A stretch of DNA of 64,000 nt from assembly GCF_040869285.1 (NCBI RefSeq), contig NC_090432.1. One strand, written 5' to 3'. This stretch comes from Myxine glutinosa (Eukaryota). Position numbers and translations under genes: made by a program. Of this stretch, positions 1 through 11,830 are shown piece after piece (the first letter of the stretch is position 1; each line of letters opens with the position of its first letter). The notes beneath the pieces are model-generated. The model made no database searches. It had not been told where the DNA came from and saw nothing but the letters and a program-made list of their open reading frames with translations.

Positions 1-202
1 CGACTTGCTCACCAAATCCATTCATTCCAAAAAAAAAATCCATCTCTTATAGTGCATCTTTCATTCATTCCCTAAACTCTCCAGCACTCCATCCTCCCTC
101 CAGCGTCCTCAAACGTATTTTTGACTCGAATGTCTCAAGAAACTCATTTTGCAATAAATGTTCGTTTCCCATTAATCGTACATTTTTCAAAATCCCATCA
201 CC

Positions 203-600
203 CCAAAATCCCATTTCCCATCACCCCTCCCCTCTAAATCTACCCCCTTGCCCATCCCCTCCAAATCATCCCCATCACCCATCTCTTTCAAATCTTCCCC
301 CTTGCCCCTCCCCTCCAAATCTTCCCAATCACCCATTCCTTTCAAATCTCCCCCCACACCCCTCCCCTCCGAGACTCTCCCTCACTCCTCCCCTCCTAGA
401 CTCCCCTCTCACCCCTCCCCCTCAAAGCGTCCTCCCCGCTTCTTCCCCCTTCCAACTTTCACCTTCATCTCCCTCAACCTTCTGCCTCGCTCTTCCCCCT
501 CGTCAAATAACACCTCACTGCGCCTCTCCCAATCACCATCAAACCTTTTGTCTGCCCCATCCTTCCCTTTCTCCGAGCTATTCTGTAATCTCTGACACAC
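203..600. repeat. ~27-33 bp C/T-rich tandem monomers (unit ~CCAAATCTTCCCCATCACCCCTCCCCT) in the LINE-A 5' region
   Basis: Visible periodicity; the same block lies at 52085-52420 upstream of ORF2 in copy C; the overlapping 115-aa Pro/Ser-rich ORF is low-complexity. Confidence 0.7.
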
Positions 601-1115
601 CTTCAACAGCTCTCCCTACCTCTTCCTCCTCTTCCACATCTTACCCTACCGCTCCCCCCCCCCCCCTGTTCTGTATCCGATGCTCCCCCTTCCTCTTCCT
701 TAACAGTATGGACCTCAAACATCCAGGGCCTTCGCTCAAACATGTCTGATCTCTCCATACAGGTTGCTTCTGACAAACCAGACGTGATCTGCTTAACAGA
801 AACTTTCCTCCTTCACGATGTCTCTGATTCCTTGGTATCTCTCCCAGGTTACTCCCTACTCCGGTATGATAGACCTGAGCCTCGTACTGGAGGTGGGGTT
901 GCTATCTTTATAAAAAACTCTTCCTCACTCGCCCTGCACTGCCCTCTCTCCACCTCACCCCCAGGAATACCTTTGGCTACGGCTTCCCCTTCGCTCCCAC
1001 CTTTTGTTCATATGTGTGTTGTACCGTCCACCAAACAGTGATGACTCCATCTACATCTCGCTGTCTGAGAATATGGACCAACTTCTATCTACCCATCCCA
1101 ACTCTCTCTTCCTCA

Positions 1116-1689
1116 TCTATCTATAATTCCAGTAATCTCTGTCTGTCTGTACGTCTGTACGTTTGTTTGTCTGTGACCGCTGTTTCTCGACAACCACGGG
1201 TCCGATATACTTTTAACTTGCCAGGTATATTGCTGGGGACCCGAGGATGTGCCTTTTCAAGGTTTCATATTAATCGGACAATTACTTACCGAGCTATGTC
1301 CAAAAAACGATTCAACCAATCAGAGAGCAGCGAACGATCGCGTGTGCCGAACGTGGCGGACACACTCTGCCTCGGATGGCACATTTGAGAGCGTATTCAT
1401 TTATTTCACGTTTGCAAACTATGTTGGCGCTATGTTGGCGTTAAACGATGTTTTAAAACTAATAAAAACGAATTTGCGATTCATTCGCTTTCCTGCGCGT
1501 TTGTGTACGCGATGGCGATTTCTTTACCAAACTCCGGAAGCCGTTCGCTTTGGACCGAACCATTTCATGTAAATAGAGGGGGGGGATTGTCACCACTCGC
1601 AAGCCGTTCGCTTTGGACCAAACCATTTCATGTAAATAGAGGGGGGGGATATAATTTTAGATATAGATATAGTACGGGCAATGCCCTAG
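1116..1689 (+). mobile_element. Helitron-like non-autonomous element H1 (~575 bp), first of a tandem pair
   Basis: 5' TCTATCTATAATTCC ... 3' GTACGGGCATGCCCTAG with a GGGCATGCCC hairpin near the 3' end; inserted between A and T of LINE-A (uninterrupted site CCTCA|TATGTGG in copies B and C); no TSD. Confidence 0.6.
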
Positions 1690-2249
1690 TCTATCTATAA
1701 TTCCAGTAATCTCTGTCTGTACGTTTGTTTGTCTGTGACCGCTGTTTCTCGACAACCACGGGTCCGATATACTTTAAACTTGCCAGGTATATTGCTGGGG
1801 ACCCGAGGATGTGCCTTTTCAAGGTTTCATATTAATCGGACAATTACTTACCGAGCTATGTCCAAAAAACGATTCAACCAATCAGAGAGCAGCGAGCTAT
1901 CGCGTGTGCCGAACGTGGCGGACACACTCTGCCTCGGATGGCACATTTGAGAGCGTATTCATTTATTTCACGTTTGCAAACTATGTTGGCGCTATGTTGG
2001 CGTTAAACTATGTTTTAAAACTAATAAAAACCCCGGGGGGATTGTCACTGTACTCGCAAGCCGTTCGCCGTTCGCTTTGGCGTTGCGAATGGACCAAAAC
2101 ATTTCATGCACCAAACCATTTCATGTAAAGCGTTCGCCGTTCGCTTTGGCGTTGCGAATGGACCAAAACATTTCATGGACCAAACCATTTCATGTAAATA
2201 GAGGGGGGGATATAATTTTAGATATAGATATAGTACGGGCATGCCCTAG
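1690..2249 (+). mobile_element. Helitron-like element H2 (tandem with H1)
   Basis: Head-to-tail repeat of H1 that ends CTAG directly before T of the resumed LINE-A sequence. Confidence 0.6.
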
Positions 2250-4964
2250 TATGTGGTGATTTCAACTGTCACCATGCCAGTTGGCTGGGTGTGGGTACCT
2301 CTCTCACCAGCCATGGCTCTTCAGCAAAGGACTTCTGTGACTCACTGGGACTGACACAAACTGTCAATTTCCCGACCCGGATTTCAGTCAACGGAGCATC
2401 TTCTCTTCTGGACTTGGTTATGACTAACTTCCCTGAAAATGTCTGCTGCTCTTCTTCTGCTCCAATCGGTTCTTCTGATCATGTGCTTGTTAAAGTGGAC
2501 ATCTCTCTGACCATTCTCAGAGAGCCTCCTCAGCGTCGACGAGTCTGGCATTTCACTCAGGCCAACTGGCACGGTCTTCAAGCAGCCATCAATCATCTGG
2601 ACTGGTCTCCCATCTCTACTGCCTCTGACATAAATTCTTCCTGGGAATTCTTCCAAAGCAAACTGCTCTATCTCATGCACAGATTTATCCCATCTCGTCT
2701 TCTGTTGTCATACCCTTCCTCCCGTCCATGGTACACGGAATCTTGTGGTGAGGCTATTGCCCAGAAACAACTTGCTTTCGTCTCCTGGAAAGCAAATCCA
2801 ACGGAAGGAAATCTCATTTCCTTTCACAAAGCCCGAAACAAGTGTGTGTCCACGCTCAGGAGAGCCAGGAAACAATATCTCTCCATTCTCAGGACCGAAC
2901 TATTTTATCTGTCTCCCTCTTCCAAATCCTGGTGGTGTCTGGTCAAATCTGTTTCTGGTGTTTGTTCCCCCTCCATCCCCTCCCTCACCTCAAATGGCCA
3001 CACGGCTGGCTCCGCACGCGAAAAAGCTGAATGCCTCAACTCTGTGTTTGCCTCTAAATCTTGTGTCCCAAACCCATCCCTCTCTGTACCCACCGTACCC
3101 AGTCGTACCCAGCGGCTCCTGGACTCTGTGTCCTTTCCTCCTGACAAGGTGGAAAAGTTTCTGTCAACCCTCGACTCGGATTCTGCAACTGGACCTGACG
3201 GCATCAGCCCACGGGTCCTAAAATCCTGTTCTTCCGCTCTTTCACTCCCTCTCTCTGTTCTCTTCACCCTCTCTTTTGCTCAAGGTCATCTTCCATCTGC
3301 TTGGAAATCTGCCAACATCACCGCTTTGCACAAAAAAGGTGCAAAAACAGATCCCAGCAACTACAGACCAATCAGCCTTCTCCCAATTATCAGCAAAGTC
3401 ATGGAATCCATCATTGCTTCAGATATGAAATCTTTCCTCTTCTCCAATGGCTTGATCTCTGATCAACAATTTGGTTTCAGACCTGGACACTCTACTCTGG
3501 ACATGCTGCTTCTGCTTTCTCAACAATGGATGGAGGTCCTCAATGCCAAACAGGAAATTAGAGCAGTCTCTTTTGACATATCACGTGCCTTCGATACGGT
3601 CTGGCACCCCGCTCTGCTCACCAAACTCTCCTCTTTTGGTATCCATGGAAATCTCCACGCATGGCTGGCGGACTTCCTCTCTAGTCGTAGTCAACGTGTG
3701 GCCCTGAATGGGTTTCTCTAATCTCCTCTTCCTGTTCAGGCTGGAGTTCCACAAGGCAGTGTTCTAGGCCCTGTCCTTTTTCTGGTCTTCCTCAATGATC
3801 TCTCTGACTCTCTTGAAAATCCTCTGTATCTCTTTGCTGATGACTCTACTCTCTGTCGCTCCATTCTTCATCCCTCAGATCGGCAGTCTGCTGCCTCCTC
3901 ACTCTCTGCAGACCTGGACAAAATCACAGACTGGGCAAACAAGTGGAACATGTCTTTCAATCCTGACAAATCTCACACTCTTACGATGTCTCTCCGAAAA
4001 GACCGACTGGACAACCCTCCCATCCACTTTCTGAATAATCCTCTCCAAGAAGTTCTGTCACTCAAGCTTTTGGGTCTCACTATCTGCCATGATCTTTCCT
4101 GGGAAAACCACATTTCAAATCTGGCCTCCAAAACCAGTCGCCGACTGGGCATCCTCCGTCGTGCGAAGTCCTTCCTTGGCACACCTGAGCTCCTCACCAC
4201 ATACAAGGCTTTCATCCGCAGCTCAATGGAATACTGCTCTCCCCTCTGGGCTGGTGCTCCTGCCTCACACCTAGCTCGTCTTCACGCTGTTGAAACCAAA
4301 GCATTCAGAATCATTGGAATCTCCCGCGATGAAGCTAACTCCAAGGGCCTCTCACTCACTCACCGCAGGCAGGTTGGTGGTCTTTCCATCTTCTACCGAC
4401 TCCTCTCTGGCCTTGCCCCCCCAGCTCTCTCTGGGCTCTGTCCCGCAAATATTCCTACAGGTCGCACAAGATCTGCCTGCAACCCTCTTATGGTCAAACT
4501 GCCAAAATCAAGACTCTCTGCTCACCTTCACTCCTTCATTCCTCTTTTCTCCCGCCTCTGGAACAAACTCCCTCACTCTCTTCAATCCCACTCCACCCTC
4601 CAGGTCTTTAAAACAGCTGTTCACCACCATCTCTTATCTTCCCCCATCCAAAACCTTGATCTTTTCTACCCCCGCTAATTTCACCCCAATGCCACTTTTT
4701 TGAAATACCAACTTCTGTCCTGGAAGTCATTGGTGTCCTTGTGTTTTATACTTCTCCCTCCACCCCCCCCCCCCCCTTCCCATGCCTCCTCCCCCCAAGC
4801 CCTCTCCCTTCCACACATCTCCCTGCTCTCAAATGTTGTGTTTGTGTGCTTCACCTTCTCTCCCCATCTTGTTTTCCGCTCCCGCTTTTTATATATTTTG
4901 TTTGTCTGGTTGATTTGTTTGTGAAGTAAATGTTAGCTCTTTCACGAGCCTCGATTCAGTATAC

Positions 4965-4997
<33 letters not shown>

Positions 4998-5429
4998 GTT
5001 TTTTAAATTTACACTTTATCCATGAATGAAGGTCGAGGTCAAATAGTGATCCAAACAAAATATGCCTCCATTGGAACCTGGGCCAATGGTAAGTCACGGG
5101 TTGACTATAGCACTGAGGTGGAATTTTTTCGAAAGTCATTAACTAGACCTATTGGCTGATGTATATTCCAAGTTTCAGCTAGTTTCAATGTATAGTCCTT
5201 GAGATATGAGCGCCAACACATTTTGGGCGGAAGGACGGACAGACACCAACGTGATTGAGGGTTTTCTAAATAAAACTCAAGAATGCATAAACGTACGTTG
5301 CTGTATTTGGAACATATTACCTCAACGTACAAAGCATTTATTTCTGAAATTTGCAGCCGATTTCGGCCAGTAGAAGCCGAGAAACATATTTTCAGTCCCC
5401 ATGTTAAAGCTGCATAAATGCACCTCCCT

Positions 5430-5612
<183 letters not shown>

Positions 5613-5835
5613 GTAGCACGAAAAACCGAACGTTTCATAATTTTAGGTCTTAGGGTCTGGTTTTGTTTGATCCCATGAGGAAACACTCTTGATAAATTTT
5701 CAGTGATCAAAGCATATTTAGAGGTTGCTCAAGGCCTCTAAAGTTCCTCTATTGGCGTGGTCAACCCAACACGCGTGGTCGAACTCACTCGGCCACCGCC
5801 CTCCCTAATAATAATAATCATTATCATTATAATAA

Positions 5836-6395
5836 CTAGGGCATGCCCGTACTATATCTATATCTAAAATTATATCCCCCCCTCTATTTACATGAAATGG
5901 TTTGGTCCATGAAATGTTTTGGTCCATTCGCAACGCCAAAGCGAACGGCGAACGCTTTACATGAAATGGTTTGGTGCATGAAATGTTTTGGTCCATTCGC
6001 AACGCCAAAGCGAACGGCGAACGGCTTGCGAGTACAGTGACAATCCCCCCGGGGTTTTTATTAGTTTTAAAACATAGTTTAACGCCAACATAGCGCCAAC
6101 ATAGTTTGCAAACGTGAAATAAATGAATACGCTCTCAAATGTGCCATCCGAGGCAGAGTGTGTCCGCCACGTTCGGCACACGCGATAGCTCGCTGCTCTC
6201 TGATTGGTTGAATCGTTTTTTGGACATAGCTCGGTAAGTAATTGTCCGATTAATATGAAACCTTGAAAAGGCACATCCTCGGGTCCCCAGCAATATACCT
6301 GGCAAGTTTAAAGTATATCGGACCCGTGGTTGTCGAGAAACAGCGGTCACAGACAAACAAACGTACAGACAGAGATTACTGGAATTATAGATAGA
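5836..6395 (-). mobile_element. Helitron-like element H3 (inverted copy)
   Basis: Reverse complement of H1/H2; flanks A|CTAGG ... ATAGA|T. Confidence 0.6.
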
Positions 6396-7257
6396 TGACA
6401 GTAATAATAATAGGGTACGTTTTTCTTTTTCTTTTTCATCTTAACCCATTGAAGTCCACTGGCAACAATAGTTGCCAGTGATTTATGTTCATTATTTTTT
6501 AAGTTTATGAATTATTAACGATCAGATTATATTTGTCTATGTTGCAGTTTGTTATGTAATATGTATGGACATAATAATGTAATTATAATATTACTTTATA
6601 ATTGTATGTAATTATACAATTTTGTATTGTATGCTCGCCGCAAAAAGCCATGTTTCGGTGAGCAACCCCTAAATATTATACGATTTGCATAAAATTTTAC
6701 GTGTGTGACTTCTACAATAAATGGAACCACTTTGAATAGTAAGACCATAATTTTGATGCGTTTGACATTTTACCCCTATTTTAGTGCCGCCCTAGTACCC
6801 ACGCTATGCACAGGTGGGAGGCCATAAGCAAACAGACAATGCAGCAACGGTGAATGCTAAAACATGAAACCAATAAATTCCACATTCCTGTAACACCTTC
6901 AGTCGCACGTCAGACATGGACAGCAGGTTCGTGAAAGACATAGTCCTTCGGGAATGTTCGAATGCAGGTTCGTGAAAGACTTAGGTTTAAAAAAAAAAAA
7001 CCCGACGAAGGGGAAAATAATGAATTCCACATTCCTGTGCCACCTGGAGTTGAACATAGAGCATGGAGCATGGACAGTAGGTTCGTGAAGGACTTCCACG
7101 AAAAACGTACCTGTTTGAATGGTTCTATACCGAGTCAATGGCGGAAGTCACACTGAGAGAGTAGAAACCGTCACGGCATTTCGTCATTCACTTGAACTCA
7201 GCATCTCTATTTTCATTCCAAACAGCATAACTCCAATTACAAATTAAATAGCATTAA

Positions 7258-9395
7258 TACAACATGCATTTTAAGGCCATTTTCCCTGCCAGAGCGGGGG
7301 TTAGCCTTGCGGTCCTCATGAAAATCTTCTCCATCTTGCCCTATTTTCTGCATCTCTCCTTGTTAACCCCCTTGCCCGCATTTCTTCTTCCACCATCTTT
7401 AGCCATGTCTTTCTCGGTCTTCCCCATCCTCTACTTCCTTCTACATTCATTTCCATCACTCTTCTCAACCAGTCAATTTCATCCTTCCTCAACACATGAC
7501 CAAACCATCTCAACCTGTTCCTCTTCACAGCATCAATCACAGGCTCTATTCCCATCATCTTTCGCAATTCATCATTTGTCTTCCTCTCTCTCAACGATAC
7601 ACAGCACATCCACCGAACCATTCGCATTTCCACCCTTTCCAACCTTCGTTGCTGCTCTACGTTCATTACCCATGTCTCGCTCCCATAAATCACAACACTT
7701 CACACATGCAGCATACACCTTTCCCTTCAGCTTCAACGACACTCCCCTCCTCATCAGCATGCCACTCAGTTCCCGAAACTTCTTCCATGCACATCTCACT
7801 CGAGCAACCGTTGCCGAGTCTGATCCACCTTCTCCATTCAGCATGTCTCCGAGGTAGCAAAATGTTTTCACACCTTCCAGCTTCACGCCGTCTCCAAGAT
7901 CCAACTCAACATTTCCTCCATCTGCAGCTCCCTCTGTGCACACCTTACATTTGAATGTAGCTGCCACACTGGGTAATGACCCTCTCAGACCACTACATTT
8001 TTGATGAACCCACTCAGCGCACATTGCACATTGAATGGAGTTCACTCCGACACCCTTCCTGCACACAGCACAGGGCCACTTCCCAGTTCTTTCCAGTTCA
8101 CCACATGCTTTACCACTTGCAATCACGTTCGTCTTTCCGATATTCACCTTCAGACCTTTTGTCTGAAGGTGTCTGGATACATTCCTTCCACTTGTTCATC
8201 TTTTCCTTCAGTCCATCCATACTTACCGCAATCAACACCAGATCATCTGCAAACAACAACTCCCATGGTAAACCCTCCTTTACGTTCTGAGCCAGCACCT
8301 CCATCATAGCTACAAATAGTAGTGGACTTAGTACCGACCCCTGATGCACTCCCACCTTCACCTCAAACTCACCACTGTTCCCGTCCTTCGTCCTTACAGC
8401 TGTACGCACTCTTTTGTACATTGCCATCACTACTGTGATCAACCATTCCTCCATTCCTAACTTCCTCAATGCCCATGTCAATACTTTGCGTGGAACCCTG
8501 TCGAATGCTTTCTCCAGATCAACAAACCCAAGGAACAACTTCTTCCTCTTCTCCATGTACTTCTCCTGCAACTGCCTCACAAAGAAAAGCACGTCTGTCG
8601 TTCCTCTTCCTGGCATAAATCCAAACTGCCTTTCGTCGATCTTCACTTTCTTCCTTATGCTCCTCTCCAACACCCTTTCCAACACCTACATTCCATGCTC
8701 CAATAACTTTATCGCTCGGTACGAGCCACACTCCAGAGGGACACCTTTCCCCTTGTGTAGAAGGACGAGGGCACTCAGTTCCCAATCCATTGGAATGCGG
8801 CCTTCTTTCACCACCAGATTACAGATCTCTGTCATTCTCTTCACACCCCAACTTCCTGCTGCCTTCAACATATCTCCCACAACTCGTTCACCAAGAGCTT
8901 TCCAATCATCATTTTCACCATCATCAACCTATCACTCACTCTAGTCACACTCACCACACTGTCTACAAACTCCTCAGAAAACAGGACACCAACACCATTC
9001 ATGCCCTCCGGGCACCCTTGCCACACAAACTTGTATTTCTGTCCCTGCCTACCCTTCACCATTCTCACACCACTTCCCTTCCATCTAGTCTCTTGCACAC
9101 AACATATGTCCACTCTTCTTCTGACCAATACTTCCACCACTTCTCCTGATCTCCCTGTCATTGTCCCTACATTCCATGTCCCAAACCTCAGAAACGGATC
9201 TCCACTTCGGGCTGTACCTTGCCCATTGGTAGTTGTAATCGTCATGGTTCTCTTTTTGAGGCAATGTTTTTATGGCCGAATGCCCTTCCTGACGCCAACC
9301 CTCTTAGTCGTCTCTTACGACACGCAGGGATACGGTGTACCAATTCTAATCCATACGGTGTACCTATTCTAATCCAGTGTACACACTGGGATACG
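7258..9395 (-). mobile_element. LINE family B copy 1, internally deleted (5' UTR + N-terminal half of endonuclease + RT + C-terminal domain)
   Basis: ORF pieces on the minus strand: EEP (GTWNVGTM...VDICCVQETRWKG), RT (FGFMPGRGTTD, FADDLVLIA), PHD-like CAVCRKGV...CAMCAEWVHQKC, C-terminal GRPRKTWLKMVEEEMRARGL; the 3' end GGCCTTAAAATGCATGTTG matches copy 2. Confidence 0.75.
7316..9245 (-). pseudogene. LINE-B ORF (endonuclease/RT) fragments with frameshifts and a ~1-kb internal deletion
   Basis: Minus-strand ORFs 7316-7693, 7572-8147, 8110-8685, 8686-8880 and 8865-9245 are co-linear with copy 2 at 28351-30644. Confidence 0.75.
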
Positions 9396-9839
9396 TTTAA
9401 AACATGGAATTTCTGGGGGGGTGGGGGTGGGGGGAGGGCGGTGTCAGCATCACGGCTGCGGGGGCCCCGTCAGCACGTCATCCGAAAACAGCTCCGGTTG
9501 GTGCGAACCACTCGGTCAATGGCGCAAACCAGGTCCCGACACGCCCTTGTTCGCTTGGCCCCGATGAAGGCCTCGCTGGGTGTTCTCCAAACAGGGGCAA
9601 AATCGCCCAAGCCACGCTGGATTTCGGCAGCGGAAGCCTTGCTCGCTCGGCCCCGATGAAGGCCTCGCTGGGTGTTCTCCAAACAGGGGCAGAATCGCCC
9701 AAGCCACGCTGGATTTCGGCGGCGGAAAAGCAGCCACAAAGCGACGATATTCGGTCGGGCTGTAATCCTTTATAAAATTAACATAAAATTGATATAAAAT
9801 TAAGCATTAATAAAAATAAAAATAAAAACCACCTTTAGA

Positions 9840-10146
9840 GGCCATTTTTCCCCGCAAGCGGGGGTTGGCCTTTTTCGGGAACTGTGGTTGTTGTTGTTGT
9901 TGTTTTTCGGTCCCCTTTTTGAAGCAATGTTTTACGGCCGGATGCCCTTCCTGACGCCAACCCTTTTTGCCGCCTTTAACGACAAGCAGGGAATTACCAG
10001 TGAACTGGTACTCAATTTGCCGACCTCGGAAGGATGACAGGCTGAGTCAACCCCCCTGGCGTTAATTCAGCGATTGACCGGGATTCAAACCCAGGATCCT
10101 AGGATCCTAAGCCGGCACCCTAGCCGCTAGCCCAACACCAGGGACT
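9840..10146 (-). mobile_element. tRNA-derived SINE carrying the LINE-B 3' tail
   Basis: Head (reverse complement) has A- and B-box-like TAGCGGCTAGGGTGC ... GGGTTTGAATCCC; the body shares a segment with the LINE-B 5' UTR; the tail GGCCATTTTTCCCCGC...GGTTGGCC equals the LINE-B 3' end. Confidence 0.55.
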
Positions 10147-10159
10147 TAAGCATTAATAT

Positions 10160-10290
10160 AAAATAAAATAAAAAACCTCCCCTCCCCCCCCTCCCCCTCC
10201 CCCCCTCCCCTTCTCCTCCCCCCCCCCCATTCCCCTCCCCCCCATTCCCCTCCCCTCCTCTTCCCCCTCCCCTCCTCCTCCCCCTTAACA
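10160..10290. repeat. C-rich (CCTCCCC)n low-complexity block
   Basis: Direct reading. Confidence 0.8.
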
Positions 10291-10391
10291 CCAGGGGGGT
10301 TGACTCAGCCTGTCATCCTACCGAGGTCGGCAAATTGAGTACCAGTTCACTGGTAATTCCCTGTGTGCCGCAAGAGATGCCTAACAGGGTT
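10285..10391 (+). mobile_element. SINE body fragment (same family as 9840-10146, opposite orientation)
   Basis: TTAACACCAGGGGGGTTGACTCAGCCTGTCATCC... matches the reverse complement of 9990-10100. Confidence 0.5.
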
Positions 10392-10849
10392 TAAGCATTA
10401 ATATAAAATAAAAATTAAAATAAACTTTTACCAACATTCATTACATAAATAAATATTTAAATCCTGATGTGAAGTTCCGTACGGTTGGGTGAATACAATT
10501 ACGAATTCAAAATCATAATTGTATTCACTCAATTCCAATCATCAATTTATACTTTCACAAAATACTGTTTTAAATGACGGTTGTATCGAGATATTGTCAA
10601 GCCAGCTCATTGCAGTCATCTGTCCACTTCTGGATTCGCAGCAGGTTCGTATCAAATTATTTTCAAAAGCATAATTTTATTAAGGAATTTTTAAAAGCTC
10701 CTGCCTACCTTACAACATCCGCTGTTACCACAAAACGTTCCACACGACATTTGGCAGGGCTAGCCCAAAAACTGAAGGAGTAGTTTGGGGATGGACAGAC
10801 AGACACTCCTATTTTATAATATAAATATAAATTTTATATATATATATAT

Positions 10850-10950
10850 AATTATACGTGTATATATATTATATACTTAGTATATATATATATATATATA
10901 TATACATATACATTATATATATATATATATATATATACTAGCAGAAGTAC
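10850..10950. repeat. (TA)n / TATATA microsatellite
   Basis: Direct reading. Confidence 0.9.
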
Positions 10951-10956
10951 CCGGCA

Positions 10957-11280
10957 TTGCCGGGCGGGGGAGAAGGAGGGGAGGGGGAAGAGGGGAGGGG
11001 GAAGAGGGGAGGGGAGGAAGGGAACAGGGGGGAGGGGGAAGAGGGGAGGGGAACAGGGGGGGAGGGGGGAAGAAGGGAGGGGAACAGGGGGGAGGGGGGG
11101 GAGGGGAAGGGGGGAGGGGAGGGGAAGGGGGGAGGGGAGGGTGTGGGGGTGCCCGGGGGAAGAAGGGCCCCTCCCCATTCCCCCTTCCCCTCCCCCCTCC
11201 CCCCTCCTTCTCCTCCCCACCCCCATTCCCCTCCCCCCCGTTCCCCTCCCCTCCTCTTCCCCCTCCCCTCCTCCTCCCCT
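10957..11280. repeat. G-rich (GGGGAGGGGAAG)n block followed directly by its C-rich complement
   Basis: Purine-rich 10957-11160 then pyrimidine-rich 11160-11280; the six-frame ORFs on both strands are low-complexity. Confidence 0.8.
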
Positions 11281-11396
11281 TAACACCAGGGGGGTTGACT
11301 CAGCCTGTCATCCTACCGAGGTCGGCAAATTGAGTACCAGTTCACTGGTAATTCCCTGTGTGCCGCAAGAGGCGCCTAACAGGGTTGGCGGCACGA
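11281..11396 (+). mobile_element. SINE body fragment (second copy)
   Basis: Near-identical to 10285-10391. Confidence 0.5.
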
Positions 11397-11574
11397 ACCC
11401 AGAAGTCGGAACTCATTGTCGTCAAATAAATGTAGCATGTATGTTTCACTCTGTCACATGCCGTTGGTCCCCATGTCAATCGGATGAAGTTGAAAAATTA
11501 ACATTACGAAGTTTCTCTGGGACGTACCGATTCCGAATAATGAGGTTGAAAAATTAACGTTCCGAAATACGCTA

Positions 11575-11830
11575 ATTACGCTAACAGAAGCGCTGGCGCT
11601 GCAAAGCGCTAGAGGGAGCGCTGCGCTCCCTCCCTTCGATTCCCTCCCTCTTCTGCAAGCGTTTCTGCGCTAATACGCTAATTTTAAAACCCGAAGTTTT
11701 TTAAAATTTAAGGTGTGCTGTAGTTGCTCTGAGACGTACTGATTCCGAATATGCCTTTGGTTTTTCTCTGCGATGAGTAGTTCTCGAGTTATAAGAGGAC
11801 AAACAAACATACTTTACTGCTTTATATATA
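11575..11830 (+). repeat. ~260-bp dispersed/direct repeat R270 copy 1
   Basis: ATTACGCTAACAGAAGCGCTGGCGCTGC...CTGCTTTATATATA repeated at 12917-13178. Confidence 0.7.

Larger units (their letters stand above)
742..4678 (+). pseudogene. LINE-A ORF2 (endonuclease-RT), broken by the Helitron pair at 1116-2249 plus stops and frameshifts
   Basis: ORF pieces 742-1041, 2291-3721 and 3950-4678 align to the intact 1007-aa ORF2 at 52525-55548. Confidence 0.8.
1..4997 (+). mobile_element. LINE family A copy A (APE endonuclease + RT, poly(A) tail 4966-4997); 5' end runs off the window start; disrupted
   Basis: Co-linear with the full-length copy at 51893-55837; EEP motifs (DVICLTETF, GDFN, SDH), RT motifs (NYRPISLLP, QFGFRPGHST, FADD), and the 3' end GCTCTTTCACGAGCCTCGATTCAGTATAC followed by A30. 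Confidence 0.8.

Noticed and set aside
248-595. Pro/Ser-rich 115-aa ORF as LINE ORF1
   Set aside because: It is low-complexity, generated by 27-33 bp tandem monomers, and has no known ORF1 domains. It is kept only as a hypothesis in the findings, not as a feature.
1249-2242. Duplicated small ORFs (73, 105, 65 aa) recurring at 5843-6356 and 22500-22767
   Set aside because: They recur only because the Helitron-like element is present in multiple copies. They have no coding signatures and are interrupted differently in each copy.
6400-7260. Possible element with repeated GGACAGCAGGTTCGTGAAAGAC and AATTCCACATTCCTGT motifs
   Set aside because: Only 2-3 short local repeats, with no termini, coding capacity or second copy in the window. 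Insufficient to call.
10060-10146. Possible tRNA gene
   Set aside because: The tRNA-like A/B boxes belong to the SINE head. No cloverleaf with an acceptor stem and anticodon can be drawn, and it is contiguous with the SINE body and tail.
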